From Planctopirus limnophila DSM 3776 (GTDB taxonomy: Bacteria > Planctomycetota > Planctomycetia > Planctomycetales > Planctomycetaceae), in the NCBI RefSeq assembly GCF_000092105.1, contig NC_014148.1, positions 1,290,001 through 1,322,000 on the forward strand: DNA of 32,000 nucleotides, read 5' to 3'. Positions 8,265 to 17,100 of the stretch are shown in pieces (the first letter of the stretch is position 1; every line of letters starts with the position of its first letter). A program made the translations under genes and the position numbers. Below the pieces are notes generated by a model, which saw only the letters and a program-made list of their open reading frames with translations, was not told the origin of the DNA and searched no databases.

Positions 8265-9443
8265 CTAGCGTGGTGCTGCTGGCTCTGTCAACGAGGGGGG
8301 ATCGGTCAGGATTGAGGAAATGACCACCTGGTGGGGATCCTGCGGACTTTCTGTCTCAGAATCCGGGTTTTCATCCAAAGATGGTAAAGCCTCAAATTCC
8401 CGACGTGCCGCAAAATAGTAGATCAATCCAATCGCCGAGATCGCTACTTGAATCACCCGGCTGGTGATCGCCATCAGCAGCCCATTCCCCGCAGCACGAG
8501 CCACGGCAGCAGCATCATTCGGATCGACCGTCAGCGAGTAAAACGCTTTGATCGCTCCTTCCAGTGCACCCATTCCACCCGGTGTCGGAATCAGCACACC
8601 AAAGACTTCCGCAGCGGGGATAAACCTTAAGTGAGCGACAAGATCCGGAATGGGATCATTCCCGCGAATGGTTTCTGCGCACAGGTAAAAGGAAAACAGC
8701 ATGAAAAGATGTCCGAAAATGCTGATCCCGATACAGGCGAGAATGGTCGAAGTTCGGTCTTTGTAGAGCGTGGCCGCCTGAAACAACTGATGGGCCAACT
8801 TGCCACCCACCGGAAAGCGGCTGAAAAATCGATCCCAGTGGTAGCGATGAAGAAAAGGAGATTGAATCACCACCAGGCCAAGAATACCGGCACCGGCCGC
8901 CACCCACGTCAACGTCATGATGAGTTGTAACTGAGCGTTGAAGGGCAACGTCGTGGGCAGAAGTGCCGCAGCAGCACCCACAATCACCAGTGCCACCAGA
9001 CCCAGCACGCGGTCATAGATCACGGAAGCCGCCGCCGCCGCCCGACGTTCCGGATGCCCTTTGGCAAGAATCATCCCCTTGATGAGATCGCCACCCACGG
9101 CACCCGGCCCAATGTAATTACACATCAGCCCCAAAGAACCCAGACGAAACGCTTCTTTGAGTGTCATCGGGAGATCCACAGCTCGCACCAGCAGGTACCA
9201 GCGGAAGAACGTCAGGACGACACCAATTAAACAGGTGGCAAAAGCGAGTGCGAAGAAATCCCAGCGAATTTGCCGCTCACTCAGATTCGCGAGGTTCTTC
9301 CAGTTGGAAGAAACCAGCCACGACATCAGGGCCGCCGCCAGCAGCCACTTCAGCCAGAACCAATGAGACTTGAACCACCGGATGGGCAGGTAAGATAGAA
9401 CACTCACTGGCGAACTCCTGCCAGTTGATGCACATGTAACCAT
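8265..9443 (-). CDS. UPF0104 / lysylphosphatidylglycerol-synthase-TM-type (flippase-like) membrane protein
   Basis: Polytopic membrane ORF with the IPTPGGMGALEGA motif typical of the LPG_synthase_TM (UPF0104) family. The start is uncertain. A GTG at 9407 overlaps the upstream stop as GTGA (9404-9407), which would indicate translational coupling and shorten the protein by 12 aa. Confidence 0.75.
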   Translation of the reverse strand: MVTCASTGRSSPVSVLSYLPIRWFKSHWFWLKWLLAAALMSWLVSSNWKNLANLSERQIRWDFFALAFATCLIGVVLTFFRWYLLVRAVDLPMTLKEAFRLGSLGLMCNYIGPGAVGGDLIKGMILAKGHPERRAAAAASVIYDRVLGLVALVIVGAAAALLPTTLPFNAQLQLIMTLTWVAAGAGILGLVVIQSPFLHRYHWDRFFSRFPVGGKLAHQLFQAATLYKDRTSTILACIGISIFGHLFMLFSFYLCAETIRGNDPIPDLVAHLRFIPAAEVFGVLIPTPGGMGALEGAIKAFYSLTVDPNDAAAVARAAGNGLLMAITSRVIQVAISAIGLIYYFAARREFEALPSLDENPDSETESPQDPHQVVISSILTDPPSLTEPAAPR

Positions 9444-9886
9444 TCACTCCGCGTGACAGGTTGAATCGATAATCTCATGCCACGTTTCATCACCAGCATA
9501 CTGGCGGTCTTGGGATGGGCGGCTAATTGATCGCGAGTAACGACGGCAGGAAACTTCTGCATCAATTGGACATCAACACCAATCCAGCGCGGAGCATCGG
9601 GCGGACTTTTCGCATCGTAATACTTGCTGGCGGGGTTGAATTGCGTGGGATCGGGATAACCCGCACGCACAACTTTCATGGTTCCCACGATCCCCAGCGG
9701 CTCTTCTCGACTGTGGTAAAAAAAGACCAGATCGCCTGTCTGCACATCATCACGCAGAAAATTTCTCGCCTGATAATTACGGACGCCATCCCACAGGGCC
9801 GTCTGCTTGGGAGACGCCGCCAGATCATCAATCGAAAATGCACTTGGCTCGGATTTAAAGAGCCAGTAGCGAACCGGATCTGCCAT
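9404..9886 (-). CDS. EVE (PUA-like, DUF55) domain protein
   Basis: The track ORF is 9404..10009. The ATG at 9886 gives MADPVRYWLFKSEPSAFSIDDL...WDGVRNYQARNFLRDDVQTGDLVFFYHS, the canonical EVE-domain N-terminus. The 41 upstream residues look non-coding. Confidence 0.85.
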   Translation of the reverse strand: MADPVRYWLFKSEPSAFSIDDLAASPKQTALWDGVRNYQARNFLRDDVQTGDLVFFYHSREEPLGIVGTMKVVRAGYPDPTQFNPASKYYDAKSPPDAPRWIGVDVQLMQKFPAVVTRDQLAAHPKTASMLVMKRGMRLSIQPVTRSEWLHVHQLAGVRQ

Positions 9887-10207
9887 AACGTGGCTCAACG
9901 ATGAAGTGGAAACGAAAACAATGGAAGTGACTGTTACACGGATTCTAATAAACAAATGTGCAGATTTTGGCTGGGGTTGAGTCTTCGAACCCCCAGCGAT
10001 TTTCGGCACGAATTAGGGGTTTGCGAAGACGTTTGGCCCTAGCCACCCTATACCAAGGACCGCAGTCGAACACTGGAATCCGTAACAGTCTCACTTCCAT
10101 GACGAGCTGTGAAGGTAGCTTGAGTTCGAATCTGTGAAAAGACTTTCAGGAAAAGTCTGGCCAGCCTGAGCAAGAATTTCTTCTGTAAGGTGGCTCTTTG
10201 CCCCTCT

Positions 10208-10468
10208 GGAACCCTCGCCCACGTCTGCGTGGCAGAGGGCAGGGTGAGGGGTTTTCCGGTATTTCGTTATGATAACGGACGGCACGCCCCACTCTTGTAC
10301 CATGCTTGCATCTCCGGGCCAGCATGCCCGACCGCACCAACGGCCGGGTGGCAGGGGTCAAACGTCCTCGTTTGCCCCCTGGTCATAGGACTCCCATAAC
10401 TCATCACAACTCAATGGCTCTTGTACCATGCTTGCAGCTCTGGGCCAGCATGCCTGACCGCACCAACG
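10208..10468. repeat. Mosaic intergenic repeat array (C - A - B - A)
   Basis: Family C unit at 10208-10288. Family A 49-mer CTTGTACCATGCTTGCATCTCCGGGCCAGCATGCCCGACCGCACCAACG at 10294-10342, repeated with 4 mismatches (positions 18, 22, 23, 35) at 10420-10468. Family B hairpin GGGTGGCAGGGGTCAAACGTCCTCGTTTGCCCCCTGGTCAT at 10346-10386 lies between them. Confidence 0.9.
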
Positions 10469-10501
10469 AAAGAGGGCGACCACTTCACATGGACGCCCTC
10501 T
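10463..10501 (-). terminator. Possible intrinsic terminator downstream of the cytochrome c gene
   Basis: 8-bp GC-rich inverted repeat AGAGGGCG (10471-10478) / CGCCCTCT (10494-10501). On the minus strand it is followed by TTTCGTT. The loop is large (15 nt), so this is only moderately convincing. Confidence 0.35.
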
Positions 10502-10577
10502 GAACGTATGAATATTCGTGGATTGTCACAACGCACCTGAGGAAATCTCACAAGTGCCGCTGATAAATCCTTGAAAA

Positions 10578-10931
10578 CTAGGCGGGATTCTTGCCTGGGA
10601 GTTCACCAGCCTTGATGAGATCGCCAAAGGTCTTGCCTTCGGTGGAGCTCTTCTCAGCTTCAGCCTTCTTCAAAGCCGCCTTAATCGCTTCGGTGTCCTT
10701 GACGTTGGTCGCTCCGAGAGCGGTCGTCATCGCTTTGCCGTAGTCGTTTTTGTTCTTTTTGCTCTCACCGAAGTGGCAAATCATGCACTTCGATTCGGCT
10801 GCCTTATCGGCAAGATTGGCATACGTTTCCTTGAAAGCGGCAAGGTAGGGCGGGCGAGCTTCAGCCGAATTGCCAGATACAAAGGCGGCGATTGCGGTAC
10901 AGCAGGCTAGCGAAATCCAAGTCAAACGCAT
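10578..10931 (-). CDS. Small secreted mono-haem c-type cytochrome
   Basis: 117 aa with a signal-like N-terminus MRLTWISLACCTAIAAFVSGNSAEA and a single CxxCH haem-binding motif (CMICH). The C-terminal half is Lys/Ala-rich. Confidence 0.8.
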   Translation of the reverse strand: MRLTWISLACCTAIAAFVSGNSAEARPPYLAAFKETYANLADKAAESKCMICHFGESKKNKNDYGKAMTTALGATNVKDTEAIKAALKKAEAEKSSTEGKTFGDLIKAGELPGKNPA

Positions 10932-11794
10932 TGATGCTTTCCTCTCGTACGAATTTCCCGGGTATGGGGGCAGGAGTGAAAATCAGGAACGCCTGACTTC
11001 CACCGAACGCGGAAACAACTCTTGCCGCATCTCGCGGCGAAGGCATTAGACGGGCTGACACGCGCTGTGTCAATTCCCTCTTCAAAACATTACAGCAGAT
11101 CCCATACCATTGTGATCTCATGATATGTCGGCCTGATATCCAATGGCCGCTTCCATTCGCATGAACTCAATCTGCAATCACAATGACCCGCAATGTCCTC
11201 GATTTGATGTCGCCTTGTCGCCTCCCTGAGCATCCCAAACACCTGACCATCCCCAACACCCCGGCAATCAACATCACCTCAGCCATCATTCAGCCGACAC
11301 AGGCGGGAACCACTCCTCGTTGTAAATTCCACAACTCATTTTTCAGAAAACCAAGGTGTGGCACTCCGGCTCCGCCATGAGGACCATCTCCCGTCCACCA
11401 CCACTCACGACATCTTCAACTGTAGGGGGCATGCCCATGCACCAATTCTGGCCACCACTTTGAAACTGGTGGATTCCAAGAACTCCACGCACCCCATCGC
11501 CCGTACTGAGTAGCATCCTCAGAATTAAAATGCTCAATCATCCACGCCATGCCTTCAGCCTGGTGACACTGCGGACTGGCCCAGCAGTGGTTTCTTCAAA
11601 GCATGATTGAGGGTGATCGACATCATTCGCCATCAATCGACCAATGGAGCTGGCTGGTGGTACTCAGAGAGCGGCTGTTGAAGAGATCGTGGGATGGGCG
11701 ATCTGGTTGGAGCTTTTCAGGAGCACTGCTGGCAAGCCCGCAGTGTCACCCGGCAGGTCTACCAACTGCCTCATCCGCCACGACGTACCAAAAA

Positions 11795-11836
11795 TGTCCC
11801 CGAGTGGGTTCGAACCACTAACCTTCGGCTTCGGAG
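11795..11836 (-). other. tRNA-Arg(CCG)-like 3' half (anticodon loop to discriminator) without a 5' half: att-site-like remnant
   Basis: The minus strand reads CTCCGAA GCCGA AGGTT AGTGG TTCGAAC CCACT CGGGGAC A. These correspond to the anticodon loop with CCG, the 3' anticodon stem, the variable loop, a perfect T-arm with a TTCGAAC loop, the 3' acceptor strand and the discriminator. The required 5' acceptor strand GTCCCCG is absent upstream, and the 5' anticodon stem (TTCGA) does not pair with GCCGA. Confidence 0.6.
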
Positions 11837-12118
11837 TCGAATTAATTGAGTACTGCCAAAAGCTCGAAACACAATTGTTTCAGTAGTTTACAACGTTTCG
11901 CACTTTTTGCCATACCACATTAATCGAATTTTGTTACCCCATTTTTTCAAGTGGAAAATGGGACTACCACTTTTTGAGTGGTAGTGAATTTGGTGGGGCA
12001 TTAGCGCATGTTTGGTACTGAATTTCTGGCCGATTGAAATTCCTCGACATCCAGCAAGCTACCCGCGATTCTCCCGGACGATTCGATGTCTTTACTATTA
12101 AAGGAATCCAGTCCGTTG

Positions 12119-12751
12119 TTAAGAGACTGACGAAAACCTCTTTGCTGCTGAATAGTTTAGACTAACTTTCTCATCAATATGCGATAGCAGAGAGCTGCCA
12201 GGGCCAGATAATTGCAGGCGTGGATGATCTGCTGATGCCGGTCGTAGCGAATGCGGAATCGGCGCAGCCCGCCGAGCCAATTGATGGTACGTTCCACCAC
12301 CCAGCGAATTTTCCCCAGTCCACTCCCATGAGCAGTGTCTCTGCGCCGAATGTGGGAGATGATGCGGCGGCCGGAGTGCGACCTGCGGCAAACCGGACTG
12401 CGTGTATCGCTTCTTGGCTCGGAAGACGTTGCCCACCGCGTTGGTGTTCGATGATGACAATGATGATCTGATGCGGTGTGTCGATGCGGATCCGGCGTAG
12501 AACGCTCTCTCGGAGCAGCCGCCATCATTGCCACCCAACCGAGCGAAGGGAACGACTGGATACCGAGACGTGGGGACAACGGAAGCTGTGATCGGCCTCC
12601 TCGGCTCCGCCCTTCTGTTCTGGGTCGCCAGCGATGCGGCCGACACAATCAGAGACAGATGAATAACTTCATATCTACTCAAGCGTGGACGCGAAGAAAG
12701 ACAATTTACCGGACTTCCCTTATCCCGCTGATCGTAGCCCGACACTTCTGA
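12119..12751 (-). pseudogene. IS5-family (IS427/IS1031-like) transposase remnant, multiply frameshifted
   Basis: The 163-aa frame ends in KIRWVVERTINWLGGLRRFRIRYDRHQQIIHACNYLALAALCYRIL, the conserved C-terminus of IS5-family DDE transposases. Upstream similarity jumps between frames: GNDGG in the 208-aa frame (cf. GYDGGKK) and RIRIDTPHQIIIVII in the third frame (cf. RKRHIxVDTxG). About 600 nt remain and no terminal IRs were found. Confidence 0.55.
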
Positions 12752-12940
12752 ACGACATCAAATTGCACAATAAAACACGAATCTGGAGACAAACCAGCAT
12801 ATCGAACATACTACTATCCAGCACTCACCTGCATCAGCAAACGGCATCCTCCACGAACCTCAACCCAACGGAAAGAGCATGAGCACATTCCTTGGGAGGC
12901 ACATTGATATGAGCATTCGATACCATGCGGCCAAGAAAGC

Positions 12941-14098
12941 TCAGTTAGTGAAAGAGCATTGCGGAAAAGAACCCCATTTACGCAAGGCCGCTTCAATAAT
13001 GTCACGTTGACCACTCTGGACTCCCCTGGCCATCAAAATTCTACAGAACAACGCGCGATCTTCATCGCCTGGTTGCGTGGCCATTGAAATCAGCCTGAGG
13101 CACGGTGTTGTAATTCTGTTGGTTCCAACTTCTGCATCACTAAAACTCGCAACAACATCTCGTGCCACAAGTACGACATCTGCATCAACACTATTTAATG
13201 AAGCCAAAAGCCTTGCCGAGCACTCTCTCGCATGCACACTGGACTCACTCGACCGAAAGATCTCGCTAGCAGCTCCAGCTGCGGTGGTTGAAACCGGACA
13301 ACTCTTGATCACGAAAGGATGGCCAAGTATATTCGCGCAGGCACTCCTCACCTTCTCTGGCTGCATTCGATCACAATAAATCTTGTCACATACTTGGCCA
13401 AGATGCTTCCAACAGTCTACGGAAACCGACATCTCCACAATTTCAAATGGAGGTAGCCCTTGGCAAATCCCTTCTAATAGTAATGCTCGCCTCGAATCAA
13501 AAAGACTTGATGACGCAACCTTGTCAAGAATTCCTTCCAACGTAGGCGAGATCGACTTACTTACCAAAGACAACTGTAAGAGTAGGACACATCCAGATCT
13601 AGCGGATTCGTCAGGAACTAAAGGATCAAAAATCTCTTCAATAATCCTACGCTCAACTTCCTCTGGGTTTTTCATACCGTATGTCGCGAAATTAATACTT
13701 GCGGCTTTCGAAATTCGATCCCCATCCATGGCAAGAAATTCGACAGCTACCTCATTAACTAGTTCTCTGTTCTCAGCGGACTGTGCATACATCAGGGAAA
13801 GGCTGCACATTGCAATCCGCGTGTCCTCGGAAAATCGAGGGTTCACGAGAATCCCAATAGCCCTTCCGATCGGAAGGCCATCAATTGGCCTCTGTCGTAA
13901 CCAATGAGCCGCAAACTCTTCAGCAGTCGCTTCCGTTTCCGTATCTGCAGCCAATTGTACCACCTGTCCCGCAAGCAACAGACTAGTGTGAGAGTCGCAG
14001 AAACACGCACCCCAAAGCGCGCATAAGCTGATGGGTGTCGTAAAAAACCGATTTACAATAGACATCATTGGGCGTCCGTGTTGGCGTATGCAGATCAC
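12941..14098 (-). CDS. Hypothetical all-helical protein; candidate cognate immunity protein of the upstream RHS toxin
   Basis: 385-aa ORF starting 36 nt after the RHS stop on the same strand (alternative ATG at 14068). Lines I hand-counted are about 43% GC, against about 60% in the RHS core. The sequence is Leu/Ala/Ser/Cys-rich with a helical-repeat feel. No family was recognised. Confidence 0.6.
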   Translation of the reverse strand: MICIRQHGRPMMSIVNRFFTTPISLCALWGACFCDSHTSLLLAGQVVQLAADTETEATAEEFAAHWLRQRPIDGLPIGRAIGILVNPRFSEDTRIAMCSLSLMYAQSAENRELVNEVAVEFLAMDGDRISKAASINFATYGMKNPEEVERRIIEEIFDPLVPDESARSGCVLLLQLSLVSKSISPTLEGILDKVASSSLFDSRRALLLEGICQGLPPFEIVEMSVSVDCWKHLGQVCDKIYCDRMQPEKVRSACANILGHPFVIKSCPVSTTAAGAASEIFRSSESSVHARECSARLLASLNSVDADVVLVARDVVASFSDAEVGTNRITTPCLRLISMATQPGDEDRALFCRILMARGVQSGQRDIIEAALRKWGSFPQCSFTN

Positions 14099-14134
14099 TG
14101 GAACAGCTATGGTTGGAAGGCGTCGAAAAATACT

Positions 14135-17100
14135 CTAACATTTCTGCGGATTTTGCGGGCAAGGGTTGCCATCACTGTCTTTGCCCTGATTATTTGGCCT
14201 CCGCTCAAGATACTTGTCTAGCATCCCGGCTTTCTCACACACCATATAGGGGTACACATCCCTAAGGAAATGGCCAATCGGGTTGTCAATTGAATGTTTG
14301 TAATCGACGGTTCCCGCTCCTGTTCCGCATGTCAGAAGCTTTCCCCCATCGTCAAAGCAGCATTGCTGTCCTGGGACAACCAGTGCTAACCAGGGTAATG
14401 TGTTTAGAGACCTGAAACATGTCTTGCATCCCGGATGTGTTGCAACATCCGTCGGCGATTCCACCCACCTTACACGCTCCTTACCCGTCTCCAGCGAAGA
14501 CTGATTACAAGGGCATGGCTGTACTTTCTCACTCCAATCTAGTGGCGTTTCGGTCGCGTCCCATTCAGCCCAAGCCGCACACTCTATTTCACAAAGCTCT
14601 TTTGACTTGTTTTTGATGTCTTTGCCCAGTTTGTCAATGAAGTTCTTGATCTGCTCCGGTGTAGGTAACAGAGGTGGAGTAAAAATGAACGGATTTGCAG
14701 GTTTCGATGTCAATCCATATGGGTCCGTTGTATTGATCGGGCCGTTGTATGAATACATGTTGTTGCCGTCAATATACTTTGCAGTGTCGCGCTGGGCCCA
14801 CAGGCCCATCTGTGGCAGCATGATGCGAGTCCTAATCGAATAATATCCAATATCTAAATTCATCGCATAGCCTGAGGCTAGAATATCCCAGGGGCTGGTA
14901 TGGGCCATCGGTGAGAACCCTGATGACAGTGCTGTCGGGAAGCCGTACGGTGTGAAGGAATATCGCTCCGTCACTATAGATAAGCTATTGGTGATTGCAT
15001 CTACATTCCAGTTGGCATCTTGCAAAGCATATAAACGCTGAGAGCCTACTGTTAGCACATCCCTGTCACGGAGGATGCAGTTGTCTATGTTTCGCAACCC
15101 CCATACATATTCAACGTCAATATCGGGGCCTGCTTGTGCCGTGGTCGTTTCTATACACTGCCATCTGCTGCTGTAGTATTTGTTGCAAACCGACGGTGCA
15201 TCTCCGCCATTTGAGGAGGTGGCTGCAATTTGATAGGATCTGCCATCATACTGGTATAGAGAGATGACTTCCATGGCGCTCTCAACCTCTTCCTCCACTG
15301 TCACCAAACGGTTCCAAGCGTCGTAGGTCGCAGAGTATTTGTTGGTTGGGTTGTTTCCCTGGGGAATGGTCGTCATGTTGCCAGAGGAGGAATAGACGGG
15401 TTCCGCCCATGCACTGCCAACAGAGTTGGTGATGTCCGTGATCTCGTTGACTTCACTTGCCGTCCGCTCCTGCTCCAGGGTCCAGGTGGAGCCGTTGTCG
15501 GTTTCCTTGAACCCCTGCCAGTTCCCGGTGGCGTCCAGTTGCCAGCATTGGCCGAATGTTTCGCTTGTCAGCGCGGTGTGACCGACATTCAACGTGCCAC
15601 GAGCCATCGTCTTCAGACGCTGGATGGCGTCGTAGCAGTAGATCTCGTCGAATTCGGCACTGTTAGCCGTGGCCACCGGGTTTTCCCGCCAGATGCGGTT
15701 GCTGGCCCGGTCGTAGCCGTACTTGATCCGGTCGAGATCCATTCCTCCCTTGTGCCAACGGTTGTCCTTGATCCGGCCGAACCGGTCGAGGCCCGTGTAG
15801 ATGTCCCCCGTGTCGGGATCGTCGCTGGATCCAACGAGAGTCCATTGGATGCCCGGTTCGGGTGAATCGCTGATGACGAACGTTCTTTGGCCCAGGTACT
15901 CGTAATCGACGAGATGGGTGCTGTCATCGTCGATGATGGCCGCGACCCGGCTGAGTTGATCGGGCATGCTGCCGGAAGTTCCGAAGCTGTATGTCAGTTC
16001 CCGGCCGTTGGGGTATGTCAGCGATGTCTGCCGGATGGTGTTGTCGGATCCATCGGCGTAGCCCATCTGGACGCTGGGTGTCGACAGAAGTTCAACTTCC
16101 CCGTCGTGCGCTTGGAATGTCTGGATAGCTTGCCCGAAATCATTGTACATGGTCTGAACTTCATTGAGTGCGGTGCCGCTGCCCACGGTCGCATTGTCCC
16201 AGCTTGTGATGCGGATGACCAGACCTCTTTCGTCGAACGCCGTTTCGATCCTCTGCACCGTGTCGTCGACATCGGTGCCGAAGGCTGTCACGCGATCTTG
16301 AGTCTGGCGGCCCAACAGGTCGAAGTCGTACTGGTGGACCGTCCCGCCCTGGTCGGTCAGCTGCGTGACCTGTTGCTGGCGGTTGTACGTGAATTCCACC
16401 TGATCACTGCCACCCGTCGAGTCGGGATATATCTCAGCGACTTTGAGGAAACTGGCAGCGATGTCCGAATCGTCCAATGTGCTGCCGTAGGCGTAGGTGG
16501 TCACCTGATTGCCGGTGGTCGCATTGACCGCCGTCAACGTCGCGACTTGGCCATCCGGCGTGTAGGTGGTGAGGACGGTGACATCTTCATCGACCGAAGG
16601 ATCGCAGTCAGTGACGGGCCCCACGAACACGGAACTCGATGTGGGGTTCTGAATCCTGGAGATCTCCCGTCCCGCATCATCATAGGCGAATCGTGTCACC
16701 AGCTCGGCAGGGTCCGCGGTTTCAAAGAGATTCCCCGCTTCGTCATAGACTTGGCTGCTGACCAGCACAGTATCGGAGCGAACAGGAACTGTGTCGGGGC
16801 GTGTGAACGAGGAACCGCCGTTGGTACCGTAATTGGCGCTGGCTTGAGTGCGGCCAATGCCGTCGGCCCATGCTGCGGTATGTGTGACGCGTGCTTTTGG
16901 ACTGGTCTGCGGATCCCCCAAGACGCCTGTCTGGGTAGCAACCGCATCGTGGTATCGCTGCTTGGCAGTGATGGAGATGACATTCGAAGTCGAGTCGTAG
17001 GTCGTCTCGGTTTGCTCCAATACCGTATTGTTGATAACATCGAAAATGTCAGCGTAGGTCGCATCGGTACCGTAGCCGGAGTAGTTCGCGATGGCTCGAC

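Noticed and set aside
10208-10468. Possible CRISPR array, because of repeated ~49-bp units
   Set aside because: There are only two copies of the 49-mer. The intervening DNA is itself another interspersed repeat found elsewhere in the window. There is no regular repeat-spacer periodicity and no cas genes.
11343-11790. Faint resemblance of shifted frames (…VVSSKHD*G*STSFAINRPMELAGGTQRAAVEEIV) to the C-terminus of planctomycete DUF1559 / H-X9-DG proteins
   Set aside because: The resemblance needs two stops and frame changes and rests on a handful of residues. That is too weak to call even a pseudogene without a profile search.
11795-11870. Full-length tRNA gene on the minus strand
   Set aside because: The T-arm and acceptor 3' strand are perfect. 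However, no complementary 5' acceptor strand (GTCCCCG) or D-arm exists within the expected ~75 nt. I call it a fragment only.
13077-13907. + strand ORFs of 100 aa and 174 aa
   Set aside because: They are antisense to the uninterrupted 385-aa minus ORF, which is positioned directly after the RHS stop. The minus model is more parsimonious, although neither has a recognised family.
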